A stretch of 64,000 bases of DNA from Octopus vulgaris (taxonomy: Eukaryota). Within the stretch, counting starts at the first letter, position 1; every line of letters starts with the position of its first letter. The DNA lies in assembly GCA_951406725.2 (NCBI GenBank), contig OX597824.1:9610001-9674000 (forward strand). Reading direction: 5' to 3'. Under the pieces are notes generated by a model, which did no database searches, was not told the origin of the DNA, and saw only the letters and a list, made by a program, of their open reading frames with translations. Of this stretch, positions 13,048 through 27,794 are shown piece by piece. Made by a program: the position numbers and the translations under genes.

Positions 13048-13684
13048 GAAATTATGATAAGCATTACCAAGCTATACTGGCTAGCGGAATCGTTAAGACG
13101 TCGGGGAAAATTCTTTGTGGTATTTCTTCTAACACTTAGCATCCTGAGTTCAAATCCCGCCTTAGTCAACTTTGCCTTTTATCCGTTCGCAGCCAATGGA
13201 ATAAAGTATCATTTTAAGTATTGGAGCCGATGGTTCGATAAATTTCCTCTCCTCAAAACTGTTGGCTTTCTGCCTAAGTTAAAAACTAGTCTTAATGTCG
13301 CTGATATTATAACTATTGATTTATCAGAAATCATTAATATCAGAAAAATGTTTGAGGTTGTTAATCGCAGAGAGATCGATTATACCTCTGGGTTATCCGT
13401 TGATCGAAAATTAAGTAACATAGGTCGATATAACTGATTTTAAATGAACACACGCACACAAACAGTGTGAACACACACACACACACACACATAAACGGTG
13501 TGAGCGAGGTTCAGTATTCTTATTAATAATAATTTCGCTCTGATATATGTAAATGAGAAATTGTTCCTTAGGGTTTCAGACCACTTTCGAAAGAAACATC
13601 AAGATACTATGAATGCAGTTTCCTGATCTGCTAGAAATAGCAGTTTTTCTTCTTCAAATCATAACCAACTATTTTAGAAAAGAA

Positions 13685-14076
13685 TCAGCAGTATCGCCCG
13701 GCGTTGCTCGGGTTTGTTTCGACCCTTTAGAATTGGAATTTTTGAAAACTAAAAATTTTGCATTATGTAGCTTTTTATTCTCTTTAAGTGAACATTTTTC
13801 TAGTTGAAATACACCGAAAAATGGCGACACAGCAGTCAAAATATTCGTAAAAAATTGGGATTTTCATGGAAAAAAGCACCTTTTTGATGTAAATAATTTT
13901 TGGTGTTAACATGGTCCGATTTGAATTTTTTCTTCTACGGAAGGAAGAGCAAGCCTTCTTCCATCATGCTCTCAATTTTTGTCAACTTGCGCCGCAGGGT
14001 CTCGGAGGAGATAGTGTTAGTTGAAGGCTACCAAACCTGCCACACGCAGACAACTTCAGCTTTATATATAGAGAGA
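13685..14076 (-). mobile_element. Non-autonomous Helitron
   Basis: Reverse complement of the 6473 element; terminal CTAG mutated to CTGA; 5' end TCtctctatatataaa. Confidence 0.85.
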
Positions 14077-14230
14077 TTAAGAACCATTATGCCTATACTA
14101 ATAACCATGGGAAATATTCATTTGAGTAATCCTGTTTGTTATTGATGTCGTAAGAATTTATATAATAAGAGCGTGAAATAATTCATCTTCTGGAATAGTG
14201 GATCTCGAGTCACATAAGGCTATAAATATT

Positions 14231-14428
14231 CTTTTTCGCTCTAGGCACAAGGCTCGAATTTTGGTGGGAAGGGGCCTGTCGATTAGATCGACCCAGTACG
14301 AAATTGGTACTTAATTTATCGACCCCGAAAGGATGAAAGACAAAGTTGACCTCGGCGGAATTTGAACTCAGAACGTAAAGACAGGCGAAATACTGCTAAA
14401 CATTTCGTTTCTGCCAGCTCGCCGCCTT
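14231..14428 (-). mobile_element. SINE B variant (alternative 3' tail)
   Basis: B head and body with tail ...ccttcccaccaaaattcgagccttgtgcctagagcgaaaaag; TSD taa(g/a)gctataaatatt on both sides. Confidence 0.85.
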
Positions 14429-15252
14429 GTAAAGCTATAAATATTGAGGGTTGAAAAACCCCGTTGGTTTGAAACATTTGAAGGCTGCCCGTAGGACTCA
14501 AAACCACATCTGCAGGCAATTATTTCTGGATAGGGCTATTCTGATTTCTAAATTTAACAACTGACATTAAAGTATTCCAACTGTTTATTAACAGTCGAAG
14601 ATACTTCAGACATGCTTTGACCGTGTATTTAGACATTTAGACCTCAGCAAGATATTGGGGAAGGAGGAAGAATGATGGTTGCCATCACATGCATGTTTTC
14701 CCCTCTCCGTGTCAGCGATGTTTATCCAATAGAACACTGCCGTTACTACTTGGCACTTGTGTCAATGTTGCACGGACAACGGTCAGTTTGTTCTTCCTTT
14801 CTTGGTCTGACCGTTGTACGTGCAACATCGATATTCTTCCCTGTGTTTGTGAAATCCTTGTATCTCTGCCGTAAGGCTTCATTTCCACACGCGCCAGCTT
14901 AATTCAGTTCGTCCTTAGACACCTCTTGTTATGAAATCTTATTATTGTTTTATTGTATTTATTATTGTATTTGTGTAACATTGTCCGTTTTTTCCGTCCT
15001 TGTTTTGTATAGATTCGCTGCTTTCTTCCAAGGAATCTAATGCTCTTAGTTTAGTTTTTCCTTAGGTTTTGCCAGATTGGAGCAATCTCAAAAATAATCA
15101 GCCGAAATTGCGAGGATAATCTGGTACTTGACTGAGAAAAAAACTTCGAATGACCCGTCCTTGTTTTCTTTGTATCGTCTATCTGGATGTTTTGTTGTCC
15201 CTTTTTGTATCACCTAGCTGTCCGGATGTTTTACGTTCTTGTCCCATTTTGC

Positions 15253-15292
<40 letters not shown>

Positions 15293-15296
<4 letters not shown>

Positions 15297-15379
15297 GTAC
15301 GACCGTTTCAAGCTGTTCCATTTAATTAAATAATGTAATCATTATCATCAATTTCAATACACTGTCATCTTCAGCCGCA
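15293..15379 (-). ncRNA. Degenerate type I hammerhead-like motif
   Basis: Minus strand reads tgcgg-CTGAAGA-[no clear stem II]-GAAA-cggtcg-TA-ctgca; stems I and III pair but stem II does not. Confidence 0.45.
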
Positions 15380-15565
15380 CAAATAAATAAATAGAATGTT
15401 AACCAATCGGAGCCGCTTGAAACGGTCGTACTGCATCACTACTTGATATCCTGTTGCTTATTTGATTTAATTCACCTTACTTCGATCTGAGCGAATAATA
15501 CTGGACTGACTTGGTGCTTCAACTTAAGTTCTTAATTCAACTGAATCTCAAATATTTCTTTTACA

Positions 15566-15606
<41 letters not shown>

Positions 15607-15609
15607 TTG

Positions 15610-15826
15610 TGTATCTCTGTCTGTGTTTCTAGCCCCCACCACCACCATCGCTTGACAACAGATGCTGGTTTGCCTACGTTCCCGTAACTTAGCGGTTCGG
15701 CAAAATTTACCGATAGAATAAGGACTAGGTTTACAAAGAATAAGTCTTGGGGTGGATTTGTTCGACTAAAGGCGGTGCTCCAGCATGGCTGTCAGATGAC
15801 CGAAACATGTAAAAGAATAAAAGAAT
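15610..15826 (+). mobile_element. SINE family C, 3' half
   Basis: cgcttgacaac...cgtaacttagcggttcggcaaa...ggcggtgctccagcatggc...taaaagaataaaaga matches the 3' half of full copies. Confidence 0.8.
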
Positions 15827-15906
15827 ATATATATATATATATATATATATGGATGGATGCGTGTATGTAAATATATATATGGATAGATGGATGGATGGAT
15901 GGATGG

Positions 15907-15956
<50 letters not shown>

Positions 15957-16660
15957 ATTTGTATCTAAGTATATATCCGTATGAACCAAGAACAACAGAA
16001 TACTCGGCTGATTTTGTACCCAGAAAAGTATTTTAGTAACAATGTAACGGTTTTTTTTTTTAAATTGCAGAAGAAATTATAGATTTAGTAGCTGGATGTT
16101 TGCCTTTTTACGGATAACTAAACAAACAGAAACTAAATAATCCTCAAATAATTCAGAAATATTAGCTGTTCAAATATTTGAACATCTAAACAATAATAAA
16201 TCAACGATAATTTATAATTCACTGGCGTATCACTTAATTATAATATTCGATCGTTTGAACCCACTCTTTCTCTCTTTCCTTATTTATGTATTTTATTTTG
16301 TATACATACGTGTTACAATTGCGAATCAATACCTCGACGCTTTGATCTCAGCCAAAATGCCAACGTCGCCATAAGGGGTGAAAGATCTTGGGTTTAAATA
16401 TATTGTATATCAATTGGCGTTTTGTGGTGCCGAGAGAATTCCCTATGCGCCGATTTATTCGACGGTAGGAAATGTAATAAATAACGGTAAGGAACGACTG
16501 AGTGGCGGTGTGTCAAAAGACTGAATGGTAAGTAGATTGGTGCTTTCTATTCATGAGATAATACTCGTGTAAACAATAACTTAGATAACACAAAAGGAAT
16601 TAAATATTTGTACGTCACTCCAATGTGTTATAGTGTAAATTGTGGATATTTATACAGAAA

Positions 16661-16691
<31 letters not shown>

Positions 16692-16771
16692 CCATATATA
16701 TATATATATATATATATCCATATAATATCGTATAAAATATTCATAACAAGATGAATGTATATGTACATAAA

Positions 16772-16824
<53 letters not shown>

Positions 16825-16899
16825 ACACACAATATATTAAATATTTATAACAGGGTAGATGTATATGTATGCATGTATCTGTATGAACATATGTATATA

Positions 16900-16952
<53 letters not shown>

Positions 16953-17462
16953 GGAGGGAGAGAGAGATGCATGTATATATATGGCTATTATATGTATATG
17001 TATGTACGTATGTATGTATATACGTATGTACGTATGTTTGTATGTATGCATGTACGTATGCATGTACGTATGTGTGTATGTTCGTATGCATGTATGTGTG
17101 TATGTACCTATGTATATACATATGTGCGTATGCATATACGTATGTATGTATGTATGTATGTATGTATGTATGTATGTACATGCATGTTTAATTCCAGAGT
17201 TTGTATAGGTATGTGCATTTACGCAGGAGTTTGAATTGCATACATCCATACATGTATGGTTAACTCACTAGTTTGATGCGTATGGCAATAGTAAACACAC
17301 AGACACAGACACACACTCACACATACATACGTTAAATACATACATGGGTTTGTGTGTGTGTGCGCGCGCTCTTATAAGCAATATGGTTAGACGTCTTTTT
17401 TGTTCTTTTTCGTATATACACCAATGTGCTCAATACGTCAACAGCACTCACAGATTGCTTGT

Positions 17463-17503
<41 letters not shown>

Positions 17504-18310
17504 TGTGTCTGTGTCTGCGAGTATGTTGTATGTAAACGTGTCTGTAAACGTGTGCGCGTATACACTTTCAGCTTGTACAGCTGTAACACGTAAATACATA
17601 TATATATACACACATTAATTACAGTTAACACATAAGTTACAAATCGGCGATATCAAAATAAGATGCAGCCCTGTTGATATATCCTCATATACGAAAGACA
17701 TCAAACCAGAAATACACGTCCATACATCAGGTTACGTCTATTCACACGGGTATCAATCAATTCTATATTACTGAAATCTCTGTTCGGATAACCGATGCCT
17801 TTATAGAAATTCAATTAGCCAATGTAAACACGACACTAAGCTACTGTAATTTATTAATGGGTGTTAGATATTATTGATACTAGCATATCATATTACAACT
17901 CTCTTACTGGAATATTTCAGTTAATGATAGTTAGTTTATTAGTAAGTATTGCATTTATTAATTTAAAACTTTTCAGGTACAGTCTTTTCGTTGCCGTTTT
18001 TTGTTGTATGAATTGGCGGGAGAAGGTAGGGCTGGTATGTTGTTGTTATTTTGTTTTTGTTTTTTTTCACGGAGAAAGTGGCTGAGGAAAAGTTGTCCCC
18101 GAAGAAGTCACACAGAAATAGTTAACGTCTACATCATTTCGTTCGTGTACTACCACGGCACCATTATGATTTGCCCCAGGAAACAGCCGTCTGTCCATTG
18201 TCCATTTTCTCCGACCACTGTTCCTGGAAGGATCATAGGGGTACAGTCCTTTAGCATCTCCTCCATAAGATTCTATCGGGAGCAACTATACCTACTTATA
18301 TATATGTATA

Positions 18311-18419
<109 letters not shown>

Positions 18420-18424
18420 GTATG

Positions 18425-18458
<34 letters not shown>

Positions 18459-18461
18459 TAT

Positions 18462-19195
<734 letters not shown>

Positions 19196-19196
19196 G

Positions 19197-19257
<61 letters not shown>

Positions 19258-19295
19258 ATGTATATATATATATATTTATATATATATATATATAT

Positions 19296-19328
<33 letters not shown>

Positions 19329-19349
19329 TTATATATATATGTATATATT

Positions 19350-19382
<33 letters not shown>

Positions 19383-19399
19383 TTATATATATATGTATA

Positions 19400-19442
<43 letters not shown>

Positions 19443-19487
19443 GTATATATTTATACCATCCCTTCATAATAGCCTAACCTCTAACCG

Positions 19488-19537
<50 letters not shown>

Positions 19538-19737
19538 GGTTAGAGGTTAGGCTTTTGAAGGGATGGTGTCATCCAAGGAAATGTTGGTTTAATACCTAAT
19601 ATTTGGAGAGAAATTGATTTCCTTAAAATAATAGTTTTGTATATAAACTGTAGCTTATATTCATGCAAAGGCAAAAGAAAAAAATTGAGATTTTGAAGTT
19701 AATAAGATTATAATATCAGCATCAAATCCATCATTAT

Positions 19738-19819
19738 TCCTTGCAGCTGTTTCAGTTATACACAGTGAAGTTAATTAAATATTAAATTCAAATTTACGGA
19801 GCATAATCTCATCAGAGGA
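19738..19819 (-). ncRNA. Degenerate type I hammerhead motif
   Basis: Minus strand reads tcct-CTGATGA-gattat...ataact-GAAA-cagctg-CA-agga; palindromic stem III; U16.1 changed to C and one stem II mismatch, so probably inactive. Confidence 0.7.
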
Positions 19820-20578
19820 GAAAAATGTATACTCCTAGATGTTATATATGTTTGTTTGTAAGTTCATCGCAGCAGACTGAATGTATATATTACTCAAAGA
19901 AATTATAACTTTATCTGATTTTCACGTTTTATTTACAATCTTATAATAATATAATATAAGATAACATAACATAATGAAATTGTAGAATATTAAATGTCCA
20001 TTCTGACTGAACTAGTACTTTCATGCATTTAACTATGCAATGTTCAGGTTCATGTAGTAGTGCTGACAGTTATGTTTTACAATTTACAACTGTAGTGAAA
20101 TGTCAAAACTAAGTGCCTTAAATACATTTGTGTAGGCTCCAGAATGTTAATTTTTGCAAACTGCATTCTGACCAATCAGTGTGTGGTTTTACTAAGTTAC
20201 TTAAGTTGAGTAGTGATTGGTTTAGGTGCCATGGGCCTGTATCTTGACCCTGGCCAAAGCAGTAATTGTTGGATTATTTTTAGAAACGTTGTAAACAACA
20301 TTTCTCAGGATTTTTTACATTTCAATTATCATCATCACCATTATCACCTCCTTTATTATTATTGTTGTTGTTGTTTAGTGGTGGTGGTGGTGGTGGTAGA
20401 AGTAGCTGTGGTAATAGAACTTTAAACAAAAATAAGATTATTTTTACTGACTTTTCTCTTAACTTAGCTAGTATTTTCCTGCTGTCGTCATCATAAGCAC
20501 TTTTAGTATTGTTGTTCTTGTTGTTAGTGGTAGTGGTCGTAGCAGTAGAAATAGTACCTCTAAGTACTAGTATTGCTG

Positions 20579-20884
20579 TTAATTTAGCTTGGTTTGGAAT
20601 TTATTAATAAAGTTCATTTCTCTGATTTTTCTCTCAATTTCACTTCGACTGTGTAGTGTGTGGAATGGAAATATAAATATTTTCCGACCGGATGTTGCTT
20701 GATGGTTACTCAAAGGTATCTGAGGGACATCTGGGTCCCTAATTTTCTCTAGGTGCACACATGAACGTTCTGTAAGTGCATTTCCGCTCTGACCAACATA
20801 TAGTTCTTCACGATTCGGGCATTTGATGCAGTAAATGAAAATTCTGCTTTTGCAGTTCATATTTGCGTTTGTTGGTAAGGTCAA
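20579..20884 (-). pseudogene. GIY-YIG endonuclease domain fragment of a Penelope-like element
   Basis: NCKSRIFIYCIKCPNREELYVGQSGNALTERSCVH...IPLSNH...IFPF...RKIREMNFINKFQTKLN matches the PLE pattern C.S..IY.I.C..C...YVG.T...L..R...H...E..I...LN. Confidence 0.85.
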
Positions 20885-20987
20885 ACTTTGGCTTTGTAAA
20901 TAAATTTTTCAATTTGTCTACATATATAACTTTTATATATATATAACTTTTCAATTTGGGTATATATATATAATTTTTTCAATTTGT

Positions 20988-21046
<59 letters not shown>

Positions 21047-21679
21047 TTCAGTAAAAATTTAGATTCAGTTGAATATGGTACTTAAGTTAAAGGCACCAGA
21101 ATTTAGTATGGTATTATCCATATAATTCAATATTTATATATATATATATATAATAGAATAATGCCGTGCAGATTTTCACTTTGAATGCTTGCATTTCTAG
21201 TACGTTTGTGTCATATTATCTCTGTATAAAGATTTATGTTTGAACGTATCAATATGGGGTTCATCCATGGTTTTGCCTGTCCTCTGAAGATGTAACTAGA
21301 TCTCTGTGTGATACTTAGATATTCGATCAAATAATTGATGTGATCCATCCATTTATGATCCAGATCTGCCATATCTCTGCGTGACAAAGAACTCGTTACT
21401 TTCCAATATACTTGTGTTATTATAGAATGGTCTTTTGATGTGGTTTGCATGCAACACATGATAACACATACATATATATATGCATGCATACATATGTACA
21501 TACATACATAGGTACGTACATACATGCATACATACATACATATAGATACATAGCTAGCTAGCTAGGTAGATAGATGACTTTCTTTATTGGCCACACAGGG
21601 CTGAACACAGAGGGGACAAATACAAAGATAGCGCTTTACTTTTCGAAAATGATAGGTAGATAGAGAGAGGGGGGAGTTG

Positions 21680-21717
21680 TAGGTAGGTAGGTAGATGAGT
21701 AGATGGATTGATAGACC

Positions 21718-21786
<69 letters not shown>

Positions 21787-21904
21787 GTAGGTAGGTAGGT
21801 AGATAGGTAGGTAGGTAGGTAGGTAGGTAGGTAGGTAGGTAGGTAGGTAGGTAGGTAGGTAGGTAGGTAGATAGACAGACAGATAGGTAGGTAGATAGAT
21901 AGGC

Positions 21905-21986
<82 letters not shown>
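21680..21986. repeat. (GATA)n/(GGTA)n tetranucleotide microsatellite
   Basis: Directly visible. Confidence 0.95.
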
Positions 21987-21987
<1 letters not shown>

Positions 21988-22238
21988 AACGGTTTTTATG
22001 TGCTTTTAAAATTTTTTCATGGTTATGGAGTATCGGGTAACTCATCCACGACCGGAATAATCCATAATGCATCTAAAGAATATATTATTTTTACACAAGT
22101 GATGTTTACCATTTCCTTGTCTGGAATTGGTTGATATGAGCTTGTATTCCAATTGGATTTTTTTTTTGACAATATCTTCTTACATATTCTGTGAATGTTA
22201 TGGCGATTCTATTCGTAAATTTCTAATGTTTTCCGCTT

Positions 22239-22239
<1 letters not shown>

Positions 22240-22326
<87 letters not shown>

Positions 22327-22358
22327 CATCATCATCATTATTATTATTATTATTATTA

Positions 22359-22407
<49 letters not shown>

Positions 22408-22409
22408 CA

Positions 22410-22470
<61 letters not shown>

Positions 22471-22484
22471 CATCATCATTATTA

Positions 22485-22530
<46 letters not shown>

Positions 22531-22633
22531 CATCATTGTTATTATTAAAATTATTATTATTATTATTATCATTATTATCATTATTATTGTTATTATTATT
22601 ATTATTATTATCATTATTATTATTATTATTATT

Positions 22634-22704
<71 letters not shown>

Positions 22705-22906
22705 CATCATTATTATTATTAAAATTATTATCATTATTATCATTATTATCATTATTATTGTTATTATTATTATTATTATTATTATCATCATCATCATTAT
22801 TATTAATATTATCATTATTATTATTATTATCATCATCATCATTATAATTATTAAAATTATTATTATCATCATCATTATTAATATTATCATTATTATTATT
22901 ATTATT

Positions 22907-22983
<77 letters not shown>

Positions 22984-23113
22984 CATCATTATTATTATTA
23001 AAATTATTATCATTATTATCATTATTATCATTATTATTGTTATTATTATTATTATTATTATCATCATCATCATCATTATTAATATTATCATTATTATTAT
23101 TATTATTATTATT

Positions 23114-23145
<32 letters not shown>

Positions 23146-23193
23146 TATTATTATTATTATTATTATTATTCATTATTATTATTATTATTATTT
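22240..23193. repeat. About 950-bp (ATT)n/(ATC)n microsatellite
   Basis: Directly visible; source of the 356-aa poly-Ile and 316-aa poly-Asn/Asp ORFs. Confidence 0.95.
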
Positions 23194-23669
23194 ATGATGT
23201 TTGAAAATATATGAAACTGAGAAAAGACAACACTGTAAATTTGGTACGTCTTGTTTTTAAACGAGTTTGGAATGCAGGTGTCTCTGTTGTCGAGTTGGAG
23301 CAACAGGAATTTTGAAGCTATGGGAATTAACTAGAGAAAGAAATAACTGTGACGTCATCAGCATATGAAACTCTCTGTGTCTAATAATGGAGCTGTCGAA
23401 CGTCCGTCCGCAGGTGTGTAGGTTGCACAGGTCTAGCAGAATCAAAGTCGGAAACCGGATTGTTTTTGTACACATTTTGGGAAATTGCAAATTATAAAAA
23501 CGTTGTTTTCCTGTATTACAACGGTATGTAAACATCTTCGTTAAGATTAGGCAAAGTTTTAGTCCACGTAATTGTTTGTTTTAAGTTTGTTTTGGGTGGG
23601 TTTTTTTTTGTTGCTGTTCATTTTTGCTGCTGTAGTTTCTATAAACGAATGTTAAGTTTTTTACTTATA

Positions 23670-24088
23670 GGCGTAGGAGTCGCTGTGTGGCAAGTAGCTT
23701 GCTTACGAACCACATGGTTCCGGGTTCAATCCCACTGCGCGGCACCTTGGGCAAGTGCCTTCTTCTATAGCCTCGGGCCGACCAAAGCCTTGTGAGTGGA
23801 ATTGATAGACGGAAACTGAAAGAAGCCTGTCGTATATATGTATATATATATATATGTGTGTGTGTGTGTATATATGTTTGTGTGTCTGTGTTTGTCCCCC
23901 AACATCGCTTGACAACCGATGCTGGCGTGTTTACGTCCCCGTAACTTAGCGGTTCGGCAAAAGAGACCAATAGAATAAGTACTAGGCTTACAAAGAATAA
24001 GTCTTGGGGTCGATGTGCTCAACTAAAGGCGGTGCTCCAGCATGGCCACAGTCAGATGTCTGAAACAGGTAAAAGAGTAAAAGAGTAA
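23670..24088 (+). mobile_element. tRNA-derived SINE family C (CORE-like, internal microsatellite)
   Basis: Head ggcgtaggagtcgctgtgtgg, B box gggttcaatccc, CORE-like ggcaccttgggcaagtg, internal (TA)/(TG), tail (taaaagag)n. Confidence 0.9.
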
Positions 24089-24178
24089 ATGGTTAGCAAG
24101 AATGGAGTCAAGTATTTTGCTTTTAACAATAATTAGCGGATGCTGCAACCACTTGGAATTTGTTATTGGATCTGTTGG

Positions 24179-24830
24179 ACGCAAGCTGGCTGTGCGCTAA
24201 GAAGTTTGCTTCCTGACTAAACGGTTCCGGGATCAGTCCCACTGTGCGGCAATTGTTTCTACTATATGTTTCTTTATTACCCACAAGGGGCTAAACATAG
24301 AGGGGACAAACAAGGACAAATAAAACTGATTAAATCGATTACATCGACCCCAGTGCGTAACTGGTACTTAATTTATCGACCTCGAAAGGATAAAATGCAA
24401 AGTCGACCTCGGCGGAATTTGAACTCAGAACGTAACGGCAGACGAAATACGGCTACGCATCTCGCCCGGCGTGCTAACGGTTCTCCCAGCTCGCCGCCTT
24501 GTTTCTACTATAGCCTCGAACTGCCCAATGCTTTGTGAGTTGATTTGGAAGACGGAAACTGAAAGAAGACCGTCGTATGCGTATGTGTGCGTTCCTGTAT
24601 GCGTGTGTGTGTATGTGCGGGCGCACGTGAGTTTTTGCGTGTGTTTGTTCCACAGCACCGCTTGACAACCGGTGTTGGCTTGTTTATGTCCCCATAGCTT
24701 AGTTGTTCGACCTAAGAGACTGATAGAATAAGTACCAGGCCTAAAGTAATTAAACACTGGGGTTGACTCGTTCAACCAAAATTCTTCAAGGAGGTGGCCC
24801 CACATAACCGCAGCCTAATGGTTGAAAATA
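24179..24830 (+). mobile_element. Older SINE C copy interrupted by an antisense SINE B (24267-24500)
   Basis: TSD gtttctactata at 24255-24266 and 24501-24512 around the B copy; the C sequence resumes afterwards. Confidence 0.85.
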
Positions 24831-25736
24831 TATAATCAGTGCATGGTTTATGAGTAATGTGATGGTTTTTGCTGTAATTTAGCCCTGGGTCAGTTTTCCT
24901 TGAGCATACCTTATGATCAAAAGTATTCCAATCCTGACCACCCTTTATTAAGTGTATCTAAAGCTGCATTATCTAATGTGTCTTCCCCATTTTCTTAGAC
25001 AAGATGGCAGTAACAAGGGGTATTTAAAAGTTCCTAGCTTTAAGGGGATCACAAATGGCCTGGCTGGAGGCCCAAACTTCCGGCTCTTTAACAGGGCTTA
25101 GAGAAACTGAAGGACCACTGCAATGTGTGTGTGAACCTGAGACGAGAATATGTTGAATAAGATCATAATTGACTGATCCTCCTGTATTTTCTTTCACCCA
25201 AAGCCGGGGACATTTCAGCACCCTCTCGTAATTACAGAGGGATTTGGCTGCTAATTGTAGCAGATTGTGTGAACAGGAAAGGAGTCCCTTTTTTTGTCTC
25301 ATAGTGTGATGGTTGATTTAAGATTCCTAAATCAGCGCTGTGAATTGGAAACGGGAATATGCGTGTTGGTTATATCAAGTAGAAAACCAACAAAACACCA
25401 CCACCGCCGCTGTCCCCAACAACAACAACAGCAGCAGCAGTGGCAGTAGCAGCAGTTGTCGCTGCAATAGTAGCCGTGTAACATTTAAAACAAAATAAGC
25501 GCCAAGTGAATGGCAGTTTCGACACAAAACATGGAAGAATGCAGGTAAAAGATCCTTATGGTTTCATTATCCAATCTCCCTCACAGCCTTTCTCTCTCTC
25601 TGTCTCTCTGTCTCACTTTATCTCTCTCTCTCTCTTTCTATCTATCTATCTATCCCTATCTCTCTCTTCCTCTCTCTCTCCGTCTCTCTATATCACACAA
25701 TCTCTCTTTATTTCTCTCGTTATATATGTATGTATG

Positions 25737-26125
<389 letters not shown>

Positions 26126-26140
26126 GCACATGTATATACA

Positions 26141-26177
<37 letters not shown>

Positions 26178-26549
26178 AATATATGTAATATATATATATA
26201 TATATAGGCAGATGCCCAATTACCTAAATTAAATATACTAAATAGAAATATTTAAAACTAATTTACCCATAATATCAACGTAAACTGCTATTCTTATCAT
26301 GCTTTTGTATTCAGAATTTAAAATATTATGAAAAGCTGTTTTTTTATAATTATTAAATGTGATAACAAATGACGCCATTTTATCCTGTATTCTTTGAATG
26401 ACGTCCTGTTTGTTTTCAACCCTAATGACACTTCCATAATTGCATAGAAATGACGATTATTTCGGTCGATCAATTTTGTTATTAACACTCATGTTACTTC
26501 AACTGTCGCTGTTGTTGTTATTGCTGTGTGCTTGTTTGTTTGTTTGTTT

Positions 26550-26850
26550 GTTGAGCGAAGCGGTCTTCGTCACAGAGTGGGAGAAGTCCGAAACGTGGTA
26601 TTTTGCTATTCGTAAGACCCGCAGAAGAGAAAGTAGGTCAACCCCCGACACACCGAGAGCATCGACGGATGGATGAATGCGCATCCAGGCTCAGCGGTTG
26701 CGTAGGAAGTCGGGGACAAGAAACAAAGAAGAAAGAGTGAGAGAAAGTTGGAGCGAAAGAGTACAACAGGGGTCGCCACCACCCCCTGCCGGAGCTTCGT
26801 GGAGCTTTAGGTGTTTTCGCTCAATAAACACACTGGGCCATTTCGCCTCC
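26550..26850 (-). mobile_element. SINE with family D head and a different 3' body
   Basis: 26720-26850 matches the D 5' part with an internal deletion; 26550-26720 does not match the D tail. Confidence 0.65.
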
Positions 26851-27144
26851 ACTGCTGCTATTATTCATGTAAGAGGTTTATCTCCATCGTCTTGTGTGGA
26901 CGTTATTATATTTGTTTAATCCTGTAACGGACATGGCGTTCGAGAAGATACCTTTGCACCTAAGCCTTCATTCAAACAATGCTGGGTTTTTTTCTGTGTT
27001 CAATATTTCGTTGTTGAGCGACGAGTCTTTAGGACACCGGACAGAACGCTCAGCTCCATTTCGTTTCCCGAATCAAATTCCGATGAGGTTGACTTTGCCT
27101 TTCAGCCTTTCTTGGTCGATAAAAAAAACTACCAGCCGAGCAAT

Positions 27145-27374
27145 GAGTCGATGTTATCGACTTGACTCTATACTCAAAATTTCAAGGCTTGAGTCGATGT
27201 TATCGACTTGACTCTATCCTCAAAATGTCAAGGCTTGAGTCGATGTTATCGACTTGACTCTATCCTCAAAATTTCAAGGCTTGAGTCGATGTTATCGTCT
27301 TGACTCTATCCTCAAAATTTCAAGGCTTGAGTCGATGTTATCGACTTGACTCTATCCTCAAAATTTCAAGGCTT
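27145..27374 (+). repeat. 46-bp minisatellite x5 inside a SINE B variant tail
   Basis: Unit gagtcgatgttatcgacttgactctatcctcaaaatttcaaggctt at 27145, 27191, 27237, 27283 and 27329; no spacers. Confidence 0.92.
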
Positions 27375-27794
27375 CTGCCCAAACTAGAAAGGATTATAGC
27401 ATTGCTGTTATCGTTGTTATTTCTATTTTCTCTTCAATGTTATGTCACGAAGTCCCATGAAGCATTGGATCTTAGTACCGAAAGAGGAAAATGAATGATT
27501 ATATTTTGTATAACTCGAAACACACGGGTGAAGACATGGCTCGGGGCCATTGTAAAAAAAATGCGCAGTGGAACTGAACCCGCAACTACGTGTTTGCAAA
27601 ACATGCTTTTTAACCACAACGCCAGAACCATAGTTACCTTGTATTAGTCGAATATTGTTTGAGGGAGACTCGGCTATTGTCTTTAGCGAAAAAGGTTCAC
27701 TTGTCCACCTATTCTTTCGTTCCCGTTTACGTAGTATATTGTCACTATTTATAGCGTATAGAATAGGAATTTCCGTTGAACAGAATAAACTTTT

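Larger units (their letters stand above)
19534..20900 (-). mobile_element. Penelope-like element 3' fragment (GIY-YIG end plus pLTR with hammerhead)
   Basis: GIY-YIG ORF followed on the same strand by a hammerhead motif; bounded by (TA)n tracts. Confidence 0.75.

Noticed and set aside
22127-23197. 356-aa ORF and overlapping 315/316-aa ORFs
   Set aside because: Translations of the (ATT/ATC)n microsatellite; no coding signal.
23257-23540. Non-repetitive segment that could be a host exon
   Set aside because: No recognisable protein similarity or convincing splice context from sequence alone.
27145-27374. Palindromic direct repeats resembling a CRISPR array
   Set aside because: No unique spacers, derived from a SINE tail, eukaryotic context, no cas genes.
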